Assembly (NCBI GenBank): GCA_965226885.1
Contig: CBDDEL010000011.1
Span: 96,001-160,000, forward strand
Origin: Opitutales bacterium
GTDB taxonomy: Bacteria > Verrucomicrobiota > Verrucomicrobiia > Opitutales > UBA2987
Length of the DNA stretch: 64,000 nucleotides
Direction of reading: 5' to 3'
Below the pieces are notes generated by a model. That model saw only the letters and a program-made list of their open reading frames with translations. It made no database searches and was not told the origin of the DNA. A program made the position numbers and the translations under genes. Positions 18,443 through 30,733 of this stretch are shown here, piece by piece. Positions within the stretch are counted from its first letter, which is position 1; every line of letters starts with the position of its first letter.

Positions 18443-19027
18443 ATGTCCCAGGAAAAAGTATCTTCCATTTCAAGTTCCCGCTGGTATGCGGTGCAGACCC
18501 TCTCCAATAAGGAGGGCATCGTTAAGCGCTACCTCGACAAATACTTGTCGAGCGAGGAGATGGACGAGTACATCGAGGAAGTCCTCATGCCGACCGAGAC
18601 GGTGACGGAAGTTAAAAACGGAAAGAAATACCAAAAAGTCCGCAAATTCTATCCCGGCTACATTTTCATACACATGCGCCTTTACCATGATGATGGCAAA
18701 ATCATCGAGAGGCCCTGGTATTACGTCAAAGACGCCGATGGAGTGATCGGGTTTTTAGGCGGCAACCAGCCTATGCCGCTCAAGGAGTCGGAGATAGACA
18801 GCATCCTCTCCCAGGTGCAGGAATCCGAAGGCAAAGAAGTGCCCAAAGTCCAGTATGAAGTGGGGGAGGAAGTAAAAATTACCACTGGACCTTTTCTCAA
18901 CCTGACTGGAATTATCGAAGAAATCGATCCGGAGCGCGGCAAACTCAAGGTCTCGGTATCCATTTTCGGTCGTTTTACCCCGGTCGTTCTGGAATACTGG
19001 GAAGTGGAAAGAGCGGAAGAGAGTTAA
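18443..19027 (+). CDS. nusG: Transcription termination/antitermination factor NusG
   Basis: WYAVQT, FYPGYIF, KOW GPF...SIFGRFTPV. Confidence 0.97.
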   Translation: MSQEKVSSISSSRWYAVQTLSNKEGIVKRYLDKYLSSEEMDEYIEEVLMPTETVTEVKNGKKYQKVRKFYPGYIFIHMRLYHDDGKIIERPWYYVKDADGVIGFLGGNQPMPLKESEIDSILSQVQESEGKEVPKVQYEVGEEVKITTGPFLNLTGIIEEIDPERGKLKVSVSIFGRFTPVVLEYWEVERAEES

Positions 19028-19096
19028 TCGGACAGAACCATTTTTAACATTGATTTTTGATAAAGAATTTAAACTTGAACCCATTTTGACTTTGGC

Positions 19097-19525
19097 ATGG
19101 CAAAAAAGAAAATAACCGGAATCATCCGTCTGCAACTGGCCGCCGGCGCAGCCAACCCAGCCCCGCCGGTGGGTCCGGCCCTTGGAGCGCACGGAGTCAA
19201 CATCATGGGGTTTTGCAAGGAATTCAATGCCCGCACCAAGGACCAGGCCGGAATGATCCTCCCCGTGGTTATATCCGTTTTCCACGACCGCACCTTTTCA
19301 TTCATTCTCAAATCGCCCCCGGCAGCCGTATTGCTCAAGAAAGCGGCCGGTATCGCCAAAGGTTCCGGTGTGCCCAACCGCGAGAAAGTGGGCACAGTCA
19401 CCCGCAAACAGTGTGCCGAGATTGCCAAACTTAAAAAGAAAGACCTCAACAGCAACAGTGAGGAAGCCGCCATTCTCATCATCGCCGGGACTGCCCGGAG
19501 CATGGGGATCGATGTGATCAACTAA
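19097..19525 (+). CDS. rplK: 50S ribosomal protein L11
   Basis: [19 protein letters not shown]. Confidence 0.98.
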   Translation: MAKKKITGIIRLQLAAGAANPAPPVGPALGAHGVNIMGFCKEFNARTKDQAGMILPVVISVFHDRTFSFILKSPPAAVLLKKAAGIAKGSGVPNREKVGTVTRKQCAEIAKLKKKDLNSNSEEAAILIIAGTARSMGIDVIN

Positions 19526-19574
19526 AACCATTTCCGGGAAATATCCGAAAACCTTTACTTAATTATCCGCCGCC

Positions 19575-20270
19575 ATGATCAAACAATCGAAGCGATACCG
19601 CTCCGCCCATGAGGTAACCGATTTGACCCAGGAATATTCGCTCGATGAAGCCCTCAACCTTCTCGCTCAGATGGCCTCCTCCAAATTCGATGAGTCGGTG
19701 GAGCTTTCCGTGATTCTTGGGGTGGACCCGCGTCAAAGCAACCAGATGGTCCGCGGGGTCGTCAACCTGCCTAGCGGAAGCGGCAAAAAGGTTAATCTGG
19801 TGGTATTTACCGATAAACCGGATGAGGCCCTGGCCGCTGGAGCGGATGATGCCGGCATGGAGGAGCTGATCAAAAAGGTTCAGGGCGGTTGGGTGGATTT
19901 CGATGTCGCCGTGGCCACCCCGGCAGCCATGAAAGAGGTTCGTAAAGTGGCGCGAATCCTGGGTCCCCGGGGGCTCATGCCCAATCCGAAAACCGGCACC
20001 GTGACCGATGACATCGCATCCGCCATCAAGGACATCAAGCTGGGCGGGCGGGTATCCTACAAGATGGACCGCTCAGCCAACATCGGATTGCTGGTCGGTA
20101 AAAGATCATTTACGACCGAACAACTGGCTGAAAACATCAAAGCGGTCGTTGAAAACATCGGGCAGGCGCGCCCCGATGACATCAAAGGACGTTACATCAA
20201 AAAAATGACCGTTTCCTCGACCATGAGCCCCGGCATCAAACTGGAAGGCTCTCTTTACTCCAATTATTAA
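19575..20270 (+). CDS. rplA: 50S ribosomal protein L1
   Basis: KFDESVE, LGPRGLMPNPKTGTV, STMSPG. Confidence 0.98.
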   Translation: MIKQSKRYRSAHEVTDLTQEYSLDEALNLLAQMASSKFDESVELSVILGVDPRQSNQMVRGVVNLPSGSGKKVNLVVFTDKPDEALAAGADDAGMEELIKKVQGGWVDFDVAVATPAAMKEVRKVARILGPRGLMPNPKTGTVTDDIASAIKDIKLGGRVSYKMDRSANIGLLVGKRSFTTEQLAENIKAVVENIGQARPDDIKGRYIKKMTVSSTMSPGIKLEGSLYSNY

Positions 20271-20334
20271 TATTATTTTTAAAAAATAAAATAATTAAAG
20301 AAACCAACCGAATTTTTATTCATCCACCCCTACC

Positions 20335-20865
20335 ATGAGAGCCGAAAAAAAATACCTCGTCGATGAGATCGGAGAGCACCTGGACAAATCCGGCTATGTC
20401 TTTCTGGCCGACTATAATTACATTACGGTGGCCGAAACGGCGGAATTGCGAAGCGCCTTGTCCGAGCACGATGCGGAGTTTCATGTGATCAAAAACAATA
20501 TGTTCCGGGTGGTCGCCAAGGAGCGGGAACTCCCCGCTATGGACGAGCATCTGGTCGGGCCCACGGCCATAATCATGGGAGGTGAAAACGCTCCCGGAGT
20601 GGCCAAAGCGCTGGGTAAATTTTTCAAGGATAAGAAGAAGTTAGTGGTAAAATGCGGTTTGCTGGACAATAAGCTGCTGCTGACTGAGGATATCAGCCAA
20701 TTGGCCAAGCTTCCCCCCTTGGTCGTCATCCGGGCCCAGTTTCTTGGCCTGCTCAACACCCCCGCACGGCAGATCGCAACGGTCATTCAAGCCATTCCGC
20801 AGGGAATTCTCAATGTCCTCAAGGCGCGTTCCGATCAACTGGCCGAAACCGCAGCCGCCTCGTGA
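20335..20865 (+). CDS. rplJ: 50S ribosomal protein L10
   Basis: Position; ELR...VIKNN, GPTAI, LAKLPP. Confidence 0.95.
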   Translation: MRAEKKYLVDEIGEHLDKSGYVFLADYNYITVAETAELRSALSEHDAEFHVIKNNMFRVVAKERELPAMDEHLVGPTAIIMGGENAPGVAKALGKFFKDKKKLVVKCGLLDNKLLLTEDISQLAKLPPLVVIRAQFLGLLNTPARQIATVIQAIPQGILNVLKARSDQLAETAAAS

Positions 20866-20925
20866 TTTTTGTTTTAATTTAAACCAACCATCAATCAATC
20901 AATCAACCAACCAACCAACTAAAAA

Positions 20926-20997
20926 AACCGGCTAGGGGAGTCGTTCCCTTAAATGCCGCATTCACACTCACAGAATGGCGCTAACCGGTTAAGGAGG
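20926..20997 (+). promoter_or_regulatory. Putative structured RNA (three-way junction) plus AAGGAGG ribosome binding site upstream of rplL
   Basis: AACCGGCTAG/CTAACCGGTT closing stem, GGGGA-GTCG-TTCCC hairpin, CATTC/GAATG hairpin, SD at 20991-20997. Confidence 0.5.
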
Positions 20998-21002
20998 TAG
21001 TA

Positions 21003-21389
21003 ATGTCCGATATCACTAAAGAACAAGTCATCGAATGGCTGAGCAACCAGAGCGTCCTCGAAGCGGCTGCCCTGGTTAAAGACCTGGAAGAAAAATGGGG
21101 GGTCAGCGCGGCTGCACCCGTAGCCGCCATGGCGGCCGCTCCGGGTGGGGGTGAAGATGCTCCCGCAGCCGAGGAGCAAACCGAATTCGATGTTATCCTG
21201 AAAAACTACGGAGGCAATAAAATTGCCGCCATTAAAGAGGTTCGCGCCATCACCGGGCTCGGTTTACGCGAAGCCAAAGATTTGGTCGAAAGCGCTCCCA
21301 AGGCGGTTAAAGAAGCCATCACCAAAGAGGAGGCCGAAGAAATCAAAGGAAAGCTTGAGGGTGCTGGGGCCGAAGTTGAGGTAAAATAA
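21003..21389 (+). CDS. rplL: 50S ribosomal protein L7/L12
   Basis: [34 protein letters not shown]. Confidence 0.98.
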   Translation: MSDITKEQVIEWLSNQSVLEAAALVKDLEEKWGVSAAAPVAAMAAAPGGGEDAPAAEEQTEFDVILKNYGGNKIAAIKEVRAITGLGLREAKDLVESAPKAVKEAITKEEAEEIKGKLEGAGAEVEVK

Positions 21390-21433
21390 TCATTGTTTCC
21401 TTAAATCTTTGCTATTCATTGCAATTCCAGACC

Positions 21434-21474
21434 CAGCCGGAGGCAATCACCGATACGGTGTTTGCCTACGGTTG
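21434..21474 (+). terminator. Long stem-loop in the rplL-rpoB spacer (attenuator or processing site?)
   Basis: CAGCCG-G-AGGCAA-T-CACCG/ATA/CGGTG-T-TTGCCT-A-CGGTTG; no U-tract. Confidence 0.4.
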
Positions 21475-21604
21475 CACCCTGTACGAGTTTCGCTCGAGCC
21501 GGGCCCGCCATTCGCTGGCGGCCGACCGCATGTTTTGCGGCTGATAAAAAGCTGATCCATTAATTCGTTATTTATTCGCAATCCCAATCCTACAAAAAAA
21601 GAAG

Positions 21605-24600
21605 ATGTCAACACGCAAAAACTTCGGGAAACTGGTAGAGGTAATCGCCCCTCCCAACTTGATTCAAAACCAGATCGATTCCTTCAAAGAATTTCTGCAG
21701 CCCGGCTCGACACCGAGCGGACGCCGGCAAGTTGGCTTGCAGGCGGTGTTCAGCGAGGTCTTTCCGATCGAAAGTTACGATGGGAGGGCTTCCCTCGACT
21801 ATCTCACCTATTCCCTCTCCGGGCCGAGAATGACGGAGATGGAGTGCTTGCGGGAGGGCGTCACCTACTCCATTTCCCTCTACGTCAAGCTGCGGCTGAA
21901 GGAAGAGGAGGCGATCAAGGATGAGGAAATCTACATGGGCGAGATGCCCATGATCACCGAGCGCGGCTCCTTTATCATCAACGGGGCCGAGCGTGTTGTG
22001 GTGAGCCAGTTGCACCGCTCGCCCGGCATCTGTTTCGAGGAGACCCCGCACACCAGCGGCAAGATGCTTTTCTCCTTCCGCATTATCCCGGATCGGGGAA
22101 CTTGGCTGGAAGTTCAATTTGATCAGAACGACCTTCTCTATGTCTATCTGGACCGCCGCCGCCGCCGCCGCAAATTCCTCATCACAACGCTACTCCGGTC
22201 CATGGGCTACAGTTCCGATTACGATATCCTCAACCTTTTTTACAACATCGAGGAAGTCGATGTTAAATCTGTGCTGGAACTCGGCAATGTGAGCCGGGTG
22301 GTGCTGGTGGAAGACCTCGTTGACGCCGAGCGCGGGGTCGTTCTGGCGCGCTCTTTCGAGCCTTTGACCAAAACCATTATTCGATCCATCGACGAGGCCG
22401 GAATCTCCAAGGTTCGGGTGATCGATACGATGGTTGACGATGGGGCCATCATTCGATGCCTGAAAAAAGACCCCACCCGCAACGAGGAGGAAGCTCTCAA
22501 AGAAATTTACAAACGGCTGCGCCCCGGCGAACCGCCCACCACGGCCAATGCCCGCGCTCTCCTGAAACGCCTTTTCCAGGATGCTAAACGCTATGATCTG
22601 GGCCGAGTGGGCCGCTACAAGATCAATCAAAAACTGTCTTTGGACATAGATCTCAATTACCGCACCCTGAAGGCCGAAGACATTGTCGCGGCGACGAAAT
22701 ACCTGGTTCGACTGAAACGCGGCTCCGGCATCGTGGACGACATCGACCACCTCGGCAGCCGGCGGGTTCGCACCGTGGGCGAGCTGCTCATGAACCAGTG
22801 CCGCATCGGCCTGGCCCGCACCGAGCGCCTGGTAAAAGAACGGATGACCCTTTACGACCAGAGCGTGGACAGCATAACGCCGCAGAAACTCATCAACCCC
22901 AAGGCTCTGAGCACCGTCATCCGGGATTTCTTCGCCCGCAGCCAGCTCAGTCAGTTCATGGATCAAATCAATCCCCTGGCCGAGCTTACCCATAAGCGGC
23001 GGCTTTCCGCTTTGGGCCCGGGAGGGCTCAACCGGGAACGGGCCGGGTTTGAAGTGCGCGATGTGCACCCATCTCATTATGGCCGCATCTGCCCCATCGA
23101 AACCCCCGAAGGGCCCAATATCGGGCTGATCAATTCCCTGGCCATATACTCGCACATCAATGAGTTCGGCTTCATCGAAACCCCGTATCGCATCATCGAA
23201 AACGGCAAAGCCACGGATGAGGTGTCCTACCTTAACGCCGATAAGGAAGAGGACCTCGTCATAGCCCAGGCTAATTCGGAAATCGCCGAGGACGGTTCCC
23301 TGATAGGGCCCGTCACGGTACGCAAAGGGGACAACTTTCTCGAGATGGAGCCAAGTAAGGTTAATTACATGGATGTATCGCCCAAGCAGATCATCTCCGT
23401 GGCCGCGGGCCTGATTCCTTTTCTGGAGCACGATGACGCCAATCGCGCGCTCATGGGATCCAACATGATGCGCCAGGGGGTGCCTTTGTTGAGGACGGAG
23501 TCCCCCTTCGTCGGCACTGGCATTGAAGACCGGGTCGCTACAGATTCCAAGACCATTTTGAAAGCTGAAGAGGATGGCATTGTGGCTCGGGTTGACTCGC
23601 AGCGCATTGCCATCTCCAGGGACGGGGAGCTTCCCCTGCGCTTCGACCGCAATCCCAAAACCGATGCCAAAAACGGCATCTACTTCTATGAACTGCGCAA
23701 ATTCATGCGTTCCAATGCTGGCACCTGCTTCAACCAGAAGCCCATCGTGAGCAAAGGCGAAAAAGTGACCAAAGGGCAAGTTATCGTCGACGGCGCGGCC
23801 ACCGATGACGGTGAACTGGCTTTGGGGCGCAATGTGCTCGTCGCCTTCATGCCGTGGAACGGCTACAACTTCGAGGACGCTATCCTCATCAGCGAAAAAC
23901 TGATCAAGGACGACATCTTTACCTCGATCCATATTGAAGAATTCGAGGTGACCGCCAGGGACACCAAACTGGGCCCCGAGGAAATTACCCGGGACATTCC
24001 CAATGTGGGCGAGGAAGCCCTCAAGAACCTCAACCACGATGGGGTTGTGCGGGTGGGCGCCGAAGTCAAGCCGGGAGATATTTTGGTGGGTAAAATTACC
24101 CCTAAAAGCGAAACCGCACTAGCTCCCGAGGAAAAACTGCTGCGGGCCATTTTCGGGGAAAAAGCGGCCGATGTAAAAGATACCTCGCTACTCGTTCCGT
24201 CGGGAGTATTCGGCATCATCATGGATGTCAAGATAAGCACCCGGTTCGAAGCCGAGAAAGAAAAACTCAGTCCCTCCGACCGGCGCCGCCAAATAAAGAA
24301 GATCAACGAGGAATATCGTTCCCAAATGGACCGGCTGAAGGAAAACCTGACCGAGTCCCTTTCCAACATATTGCTGGGTGAAAAAATTCCTTTGGATGTG
24401 ATCAACATGGAAAGCAACGAGATCATTATCCCGGCCAACCGCAAAATTACCAAGACCCTCCTGCGGCGTTTGGCTGCGGTCTACAAGACGGTCGAAATCG
24501 ATCCATCGCCGGTGCGGATCAAGATAATGGAAATCATCAACACCTTCTCCGTCAAATTCGACGAGCTCGATAATGACCGAGATCGCAAAATCGAATCGAT

Positions 24601-25384
24601 CGAGGCCGGCGACGATATCGATTCCGGAGTTATCAAAAATGTAAAGGTCTATGTGGCCACCAAGCGTAAGGTGCAGGTGGGCGACAAAATGGCCGGGCGC
24701 CATGGCAACAAGGGAGTCATCGCCAAGATCGTGCCGGAAGAAGACATGCCCTTCCTGCCGGACGGAACGCCCATTGAGATTTGCCTCAATCCCCTCGGGG
24801 TGCCCAGCCGGATGAATGTCGGCCAGGTCCTCGAAACCCATCTGGGGTGGGCTTGCAAGAAACTTGGCATCAAGGTGGCCACGCCGGTATTCGACGGAAT
24901 TTCGGAAAAACGGGTTCGCGGCTACCTCAAGGAGGCCGGTTTGCCCGAGAGCGGGAAAAGCATTTTGGTCGATGGGCGCTCCGGCGAGCCGTTTGACCAG
25001 GAGGTGGTGGTCGGCTATATCTACATGATGAAGCTGAACCATCTAGTAGCCGACAAAATCCATGCCCGCGCGGTGGGCCCCTACAGCTTGATCACCCAGC
25101 AGCCCCTGGGAGGAAAAGCCCAGTATGGGGGCCAGCGTTTTGGCGAAATGGAAGTTTGGGCCCTGGAAGCCTACGGGGCCGCCTATACCTTGCAGGAACT
25201 GCTTACCGTCAAATCGGACGATGTGCAGGGGCGGACCAAAATTTACGAATCGCTGGTCAAGGGCGACAACAGCCTGCAAGCGGGAACCCCTCAATCATTC
25301 AATGTGTTGATGAAAGAAATGCAAAGCCTCTGCCTCGACATACGGCTCGAATCGGCGGACAGCCTGGGCAGTTTTGGGCTATGA
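21605..25384 (+). CDS. rpoB: RNA polymerase beta subunit
   Basis: [44 protein letters not shown]. Confidence 0.99.
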   Translation: MSTRKNFGKLVEVIAPPNLIQNQIDSFKEFLQPGSTPSGRRQVGLQAVFSEVFPIESYDGRASLDYLTYSLSGPRMTEMECLREGVTYSISLYVKLRLKEEEAIKDEEIYMGEMPMITERGSFIINGAERVVVSQLHRSPGICFEETPHTSGKMLFSFRIIPDRGTWLEVQFDQNDLLYVYLDRRRRRRKFLITTLLRSMGYSSDYDILNLFYNIEEVDVKSVLELGNVSRVVLVEDLVDAERGVVLARSFEPLTKTIIRSIDEAGISKVRVIDTMVDDGAIIRCLKKDPTRNEEEALKEIYKRLRPGEPPTTANARALLKRLFQDAKRYDLGRVGRYKINQKLSLDIDLNYRTLKAEDIVAATKYLVRLKRGSGIVDDIDHLGSRRVRTVGELLMNQCRIGLARTERLVKERMTLYDQSVDSITPQKLINPKALSTVIRDFFARSQLSQFMDQINPLAELTHKRRLSALGPGGLNRERAGFEVRDVHPSHYGRICPIETPEGPNIGLINSLAIYSHINEFGFIETPYRIIENGKATDEVSYLNADKEEDLVIAQANSEIAEDGSLIGPVTVRKGDNFLEMEPSKVNYMDVSPKQIISVAAGLIPFLEHDDANRALMGSNMMRQGVPLLRTESPFVGTGIEDRVATDSKTILKAEEDGIVARVDSQRIAISRDGELPLRFDRNPKTDAKNGIYFYELRKFMRSNAGTCFNQKPIVSKGEKVTKGQVIVDGAATDDGELALGRNVLVAFMPWNGYNFEDAILISEKLIKDDIFTSIHIEEFEVTARDTKLGPEEITRDIPNVGEEALKNLNHDGVVRVGAEVKPGDILVGKITPKSETALAPEEKLLRAIFGEKAADVKDTSLLVPSGVFGIIMDVKISTRFEAEKEKLSPSDRRRQIKKINEEYRSQMDRLKENLTESLSNILLGEKIPLDVINMESNEIIIPANRKITKTLLRRLAAVYKTVEIDPSPVRIKIMEIINTFSVKFDELDNDRDRKIESIEAGDDIDSGVIKNVKVYVATKRKVQVGDKMAGRHGNKGVIAKIVPEEDMPFLPDGTPIEICLNPLGVPSRMNVGQVLETHLGWACKKLGIKVATPVFDGISEKRVRGYLKEAGLPESGKSILVDGRSGEPFDQEVVVGYIYMMKLNHLVADKIHARAVGPYSLITQQPLGGKAQYGGQRFGEMEVWALEAYGAAYTLQELLTVKSDDVQGRTKIYESLVKGDNSLQAGTPQSFNVLMKEMQSLCLDIRLESADSLGSFGL

Positions 25385-25461
25385 CTACCGTTTCCTCATC
25401 AGACATAAATTAAATTAGTTAATTCATTCATTTTATCAGTTAATAATCCATTACCGAACTT

Positions 25462-28400
25462 ATGAGCACTCAAGAAGTAAGAGAAGTTCTCGGCCTCGAA
25501 AAAGATCAGTCCTTCGATGTCGTTTCCATCACGGTAGCCTCACCAGACATCATCCGGTCCTGGTCGCGCGGGGAGGTCAAAAATCCCGAAACGATCAATT
25601 ACCGCACCTTCAAGCCTGAGCCTGGGGGGCTTTTTTGCCAGCGTATATTTGGGCCGGTGCGTGATTACGAATGCGCCTGCGGTAAATTCAAACGCATCAA
25701 ATACAAGGGCGTGTTGTGCGATCGCTGCGGGGTGGAGGTAACCGTCTCACGTGTGCGGCGTGAGCGCATGGGCCACATCGAGCTGGCCGTTCCGGTTACC
25801 CATATCTGGTTTCTCAAAAGCATGCCCAGCCGGTTGGGGCTGCTCCTCGACCTGACGGCGCGTAACCTGGAGCGGGTCATCTATTACGAGAACTACCTGG
25901 TGACCAATCCAGGCAAAACGGCGCTGGAGGAAAAACAGCTTTTAACCGAGCAGGAATATCTGCAGGCGATCGATGAATACGGTGATGATTCTTTTGAAGC
26001 GAAGATGGGGGCCATCGCCCTGCAGGAAGTTCTCCAGCGCATGGATTTGCCCTCCCTGGTGGACGAACTGCACGACAAGATGCACAGCACCCGCTCCAAG
26101 CAAATTAAGAAAAAACTCTCTAAAAGGCTCAAAGTCATTGGCGGTTTCATAGGATCGAACACCTCGCCCAGCTGGATGGTGTTGGAGGTTCTCCCGGTCA
26201 TCCCGCCGGACCTGCGCCCCCTCGTGCCCCTGGAAGGCGGCCGTTTCGCCACCAGCGACCTGAACGACCTTTACCGGCGCGTCATCAACCGCAATAACCG
26301 GTTGAAAAACCTACTCCAACTAAAGACTCCAGACGTTATCATCCACAACGAGAAACGTATGCTGCAGGAAGCGGTGGACGCCCTTTTCGATAACGGGCGG
26401 CATGGCCGGGCCGTGACCGGGGCAGGGAATCGGCCCCTCAAGTCTATGAGCGACATGCTCAAGGGTAAACAGGGCCGGTTTCGCCAGAATTTGCTCGGCA
26501 AGCGCGTTGATTACAGCGGCCGCTCCGTCATCGTCATCGGGCCGGAATTAAAGCTGCACCAGTGCGGCCTGCCCAAGAAAATGGCCCTCGTGCTTTTCGA
26601 GCCATTTATCATCCGGCGGCTGAAAGAACTGGGATTCGTCCACACCGTGCGCGGGGCTCGCAAAATGATCGAGAAGAAATCCCCCGAAGTGTGGGATATT
26701 TTGGAGGAAGTGACCAAGGGACACCCTGTCCTGCTCAATCGCGCGCCCACCTTGCACCGGCTTTCCATCCAGGCCTTCGAGCCCGTTCTCATCGAGGGTG
26801 ACGCCATCCGCATCCATCCGTTGGTGTGCACGGCCTACAATGCCGATTTTGACGGCGACCAGATGTCCGTCCACGTACCCCTTTCCCTGGAGGCCGTGAT
26901 GGAGTGCAAGCTGCTCATGATGTCCACCCACAACATTTTTTCCCCCTCCAGCGGCAAACCCATCCTGACTCCTTCCCAGGATATTGTTTTGGGTTCCTAT
27001 TATCTGACCCTGGACCCGCGCAAACCATTGCCTACAGATAAACGGCTGCCCCTCTTTACCAATACCCAGGAGGTTCTCCTGGCCGAGGGCGACGGACTCC
27101 TCAAGAGGCATGACTGGGTGCAGTTTGTGAATCCTGATTACGGCAGGGAGACGATTTACGGCAATAGCACCCGCAAAATCTTGCGCACCACGGTGGGGCG
27201 GGTGATTTTCAACGATATTTGGCCGCCTGAGGTCGGCTTCGTCAATTCCTCGGTGCCCAAGGCCAAACTGGGGGACCTCATTTTGCAAACTTACCTGGCA
27301 GGTGGCAAAAAGACCACTGTCGAGGTACTCGACGTCCTCAAGGAACTCGGCTTTGCCTACGCCACCCGAGCCGGTATATCCATTGGCATCGGCGATATGA
27401 TCATCCCTCAGGACAAGCCGGGCATCATCAATGACGCACGGGGCAAGATCGAAGAAATCGAAGGCCAGTACCGCAAGGGGATCATCACCTCGGGGGAACG
27501 CTACAACAAAATTATCGATGCCTGGACCAGTGCCACCGACCAAATTGCCAAGTCCGTTTTCGACGGTTTGGAGGAGAACAAAGGTAAAGACGAAATCAAT
27601 CCGGTGTATCTAATGATGGACTCGGGCGCTCGTGGCAACCGCCAGCAGGTTCGCCAGCTTTGTGGCACTCGTGGGCTCATGGCCAAACCTTCGGGAGAAA
27701 TCATTGAGAGGCCGATCCTTTCCTCATTCCGGGAGGGGCTTTCAGTGCTCGAATACTTTATCTCTACCCACGGCGCCCGCAAGGGTTTGGCCGACACGGC
27801 GCTGAAGACTGCCGATGCCGGTTATCTGACCCGCAAACTCTGCGATGTGGCCATGGACGTCATCATAACCGATGAGGATGACGGCAATCGCGACGGAATC
27901 TGGAAACAAACCATTAACGAAGGAGATGACGAGATCGTCAGCCTCTATGACCGTATCGTGGGCCGCTGCGTCAGCGACGATATTTACAACCCTCTCGATC
28001 CGGTCGATTTGATTGTCGGAAACGGTAAAATGGTGACCGAGGAGATTGCCGCGCGAATCGAAGATTGCGGTGTTGACCGGGTAAAAATCATGTCCCCTTT
28101 GACCCATATGCATCGGTCCAACCTGCCGTCAATGGCCTATGGTATCAATCCGGGCACAAACAAACTGGTGGAGGTGGGAGCGGCCGTTGGCATCATTGCG
28201 GCCCAATCCATCGGGGAGCCGGGAACTCAGCTGACCATGCGGACTTTCCACATCGGAGGCATTGCCAGCCAGATTTTCAAGAATCCGGAAATCCGCGTTC
28301 GCAACGACGGAATGGTAAAATACGTGGGACTGAGGATGGTATCAACCGAGGAGGGCGCCAGCATCGTTCTCAATAAAACCGGATTCATTCATATCGTCGA

Positions 28401-29595
28401 TAATGACGAGAAGGAATTGGAAAACTATAGTATAGTGGCCGGTTCCATCCTCACCATACTCGACGGCCAGAAAATCGAAAAAGGAGCCATTCTGGCCATG
28501 TGGGATCCGCACCATGTGCCCATTCTTTCCGAAAAAGCCGGTATCATCGCCTTTCAGGATATGATTCCCGGTGTTACCGTTAAGAAGGAGATGGACGAGG
28601 CCACCGGGCAGATTGCCACGGTAGTTACCGAGCACAAGGAAGACCTCAATCCGGTCATCCAGATTCACCAAAAATCCGGCTCCTCGGCCAAGCCGACCAA
28701 AGGGAAATTGCTTGCCACATACTCGATTCCGACCGGCGCTCAAATTGTCGTCAACCAAGGGGATATCATCCACCCGGGAGCCCTTTTGGCCAAAACCCCG
28801 CGCCAGGCATCCAAGACCCAGGACATCACAGGCGGCCTACCCCGAGTGGCCGAATTGTTTGAAGCCCGCCGCCCCAAGGAAGCCACTGAAATGGCAAAAA
28901 TCGACGGTTTAGTTTCCTTCGGATCCATGGTTCGGGGGAAGAAGAAACTCATTGTAACTGACGAGGAATCGGGACAGGAAGAGAGCCACCTGATACCGCA
29001 CGGCAAACATATTATCGTGCAGGTGGGCGATCGTGTGAGCAAGGGACAGCACCTCACGGAAGGGTCTGCCGATCCGCACGAAATCCTTGAAATTCTGGGC
29101 CCCAACAAATTACAGGAATATCTGCTGGTTGAAATCCAAAAGGTTTACCGGTTGCAAGGTGTGGTTATCAACGATAAGCATATCGAAGTCATCGTTTCGC
29201 AAATGCTGCGCAAAGTGCGCATCACCGCGCCGGGCGATTCCGAATTTTTCTGGGGCGAGCAAGTGGATCGCCATGACTTCATGGATGAAAACGAACGCAT
29301 CATCGATGCCGGCGGCATGCCCGCCGAAGGCGAACCCATTCTCCTGGGCATCACCAAGGCTTCCATTGAGACGGAGAGCTTTATCTCCGCGGCTTCCTTC
29401 CAGGAAACCACCCGAGTCCTGACCGATGCTGCCACCCTGGGAAAAAAGGATCAGCTCAAAGGATTCAAGGAAAACGTCATCATGGGGCACCTCATACCGG
29501 CAGGCACGGGATTGCCTCGCTACCGGCGTTTACGCATTAATACTCTCGGTCCGGAAATGGCCGAGACCCTCACAGGCACGGAGAAGGCAGGTTAA
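25462..29595 (+). CDS. rpoC: RNA polymerase beta' subunit
   Basis: NADFDGDQM catalytic motif, zinc-binding Cys, [13 protein letters not shown]. Confidence 0.99.
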   Translation: MSTQEVREVLGLEKDQSFDVVSITVASPDIIRSWSRGEVKNPETINYRTFKPEPGGLFCQRIFGPVRDYECACGKFKRIKYKGVLCDRCGVEVTVSRVRRERMGHIELAVPVTHIWFLKSMPSRLGLLLDLTARNLERVIYYENYLVTNPGKTALEEKQLLTEQEYLQAIDEYGDDSFEAKMGAIALQEVLQRMDLPSLVDELHDKMHSTRSKQIKKKLSKRLKVIGGFIGSNTSPSWMVLEVLPVIPPDLRPLVPLEGGRFATSDLNDLYRRVINRNNRLKNLLQLKTPDVIIHNEKRMLQEAVDALFDNGRHGRAVTGAGNRPLKSMSDMLKGKQGRFRQNLLGKRVDYSGRSVIVIGPELKLHQCGLPKKMALVLFEPFIIRRLKELGFVHTVRGARKMIEKKSPEVWDILEEVTKGHPVLLNRAPTLHRLSIQAFEPVLIEGDAIRIHPLVCTAYNADFDGDQMSVHVPLSLEAVMECKLLMMSTHNIFSPSSGKPILTPSQDIVLGSYYLTLDPRKPLPTDKRLPLFTNTQEVLLAEGDGLLKRHDWVQFVNPDYGRETIYGNSTRKILRTTVGRVIFNDIWPPEVGFVNSSVPKAKLGDLILQTYLAGGKKTTVEVLDVLKELGFAYATRAGISIGIGDMIIPQDKPGIINDARGKIEEIEGQYRKGIITSGERYNKIIDAWTSATDQIAKSVFDGLEENKGKDEINPVYLMMDSGARGNRQQVRQLCGTRGLMAKPSGEIIERPILSSFREGLSVLEYFISTHGARKGLADTALKTADAGYLTRKLCDVAMDVIITDEDDGNRDGIWKQTINEGDDEIVSLYDRIVGRCVSDDIYNPLDPVDLIVGNGKMVTEEIAARIEDCGVDRVKIMSPLTHMHRSNLPSMAYGINPGTNKLVEVGAAVGIIAAQSIGEPGTQLTMRTFHIGGIASQIFKNPEIRVRNDGMVKYVGLRMVSTEEGASIVLNKTGFIHIVDNDEKELENYSIVAGSILTILDGQKIEKGAILAMWDPHHVPILSEKAGIIAFQDMIPGVTVKKEMDEATGQIATVVTEHKEDLNPVIQIHQKSGSSAKPTKGKLLATYSIPTGAQIVVNQGDIIHPGALLAKTPRQASKTQDITGGLPRVAELFEARRPKEATEMAKIDGLVSFGSMVRGKKKLIVTDEESGQEESHLIPHGKHIIVQVGDRVSKGQHLTEGSADPHEILEILGPNKLQEYLLVEIQKVYRLQGVVINDKHIEVIVSQMLRKVRITAPGDSEFFWGEQVDRHDFMDENERIIDAGGMPAEGEPILLGITKASIETESFISAASFQETTRVLTDAATLGKKDQLKGFKENVIMGHLIPAGTGLPRYRRLRINTLGPEMAETLTGTEKAG

Positions 29596-29631
29596 AAGAC
29601 CTCGCTAAAACTTCGGGCTACCAATATAGAG

Positions 29632-29687
29632 AACCATTCTCGCCTTTCTCACCGGGTACCATTCCGGGTGTTCGGGGCGAAATGGTT
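29632..29687 (+). terminator. Stem-loop after rpoC (putative terminator)
   Basis: AACCATT-C-TCGCC ... GGCGA-AATGGTT followed by an AT-rich tract. Confidence 0.45.
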
Positions 29688-29774
29688 TATATTAAACTTT
29701 TTCTAAAATTCTTCTTGCACTGCACATAGGAACATTTACCTTTCTCGCTTTTCACAGAAAAGCGTCTGTGGCCC

Positions 29775-30164
29775 ATGCCTACTATTAATCAGCTAGTCCG
29801 CAAACCGCGGAAAATCATCAAGAGCAAATCGAAATCGCCCGCTTTGAAGGGCAACGCGTTTCGGCGCGGTGTTTGTGTACAGGTGATGACCCGCACTCCT
29901 AAAAAACCCAATTCGGCCATTAGAAAAGTTGCCAAAGTGCGCCTTACCAACGGCATAGAAGTCATCGCATATATTCCGGACGAAGGGCACAGCCTGCAGG
30001 AGCACAGTGTTGTTCTGGTGCGCGGCGGCAGAGTTAAGGACCTTCCCGGTGTGCGTTATCATATCGTGCGCGGGGCTCTCGATTGCTTAGGGGTGGAAAA
30101 ACGCCGGCGCAGCCGTTCAAAATACGGCGTTAAAAGGCCGAAGGACGCCAAGGCCAAGAAATAA
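29775..30164 (+). CDS. rpsL: 30S ribosomal protein S12
   Basis: [26 protein letters not shown]. Confidence 0.99.
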   Translation: MPTINQLVRKPRKIIKSKSKSPALKGNAFRRGVCVQVMTRTPKKPNSAIRKVAKVRLTNGIEVIAYIPDEGHSLQEHSVVLVRGGRVKDLPGVRYHIVRGALDCLGVEKRRRSRSKYGVKRPKDAKAKK

Positions 30165-30253
30165 CGATTGAATTTTGATTTCTCCGAAACTTCGCTAAAA
30201 ATTGAAGCGAGGGCGGGGAATCAGCAACAAACAGCAAGAAGCTTTTATAAATC

Positions 30254-30724
30254 ATGTCGCGAAGACGCCGAGCAGTCAAAAGGGAGCCAGTTCCCGAACC
30301 ACGCTACAACAGCGCTTTGGTCAGCAGCCTGATCAATGTGGTTATGCAGGACGGTAAAAAAACGACTGCCCAGAGGATCGTTTACGGGGCTTTCGAGCGT
30401 GTCAGCGAAAAGCTGGGCAAAGGAGATCCGGTGGACCTGCTAATGGGAGCGCTGGAAAATATCCGCCCCAAGCTAGAGGTAAAAAGCCGCCGCGTGGGGG
30501 GAACCACCTACCAGGTTCCGTTGGAAATTTCATTCGAACGGCAGCAGAGCCTCGCCTTCCGCTGGCTGCGCAGTGCCGCCCGCGGGCGCAAGGGTTCCAT
30601 GAAAGAATCGCTCGCTCAAGAAATCATCGACGCCTACAACAACACGGGGCAAGTCGTTAAGAAAAAGGACGACACCCACCGCATGGCGCAGTCCAACCGC
30701 GCTTTTGCCCACTTACGCTGGTAA
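30254..30724 (+). CDS. rpsG: 30S ribosomal protein S7
   Basis: [24 protein letters not shown]. Confidence 0.98.
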   Translation: MSRRRRAVKREPVPEPRYNSALVSSLINVVMQDGKKTTAQRIVYGAFERVSEKLGKGDPVDLLMGALENIRPKLEVKSRRVGGTTYQVPLEISFERQQSLAFRWLRSAARGRKGSMKESLAQEIIDAYNNTGQVVKKKDDTHRMAQSNRAFAHLRW

Positions 30725-30733
30725 AGAATTTCA

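Noticed and set aside
20882..20920. (TCAA)n(CCAA)n microsatellite as a phase-variation switch
   Set aside because: Short, intergenic and not in a recognisable promoter; no evidence of switching
22930..23030. Rifampicin-resistance changes in rpoB (and streptomycin changes in rpsL)
   Set aside because: Cluster I (QFMDQ...HKRRLSALG) and the S12 PKKPNS/RVKDLPG motifs look wild-type
22190..24037. 615-aa antisense ORF in rpoB (and similar ones in rpoC and fusA)
   Set aside because: Shadow ORFs due to GC3 bias; no recognisable motifs
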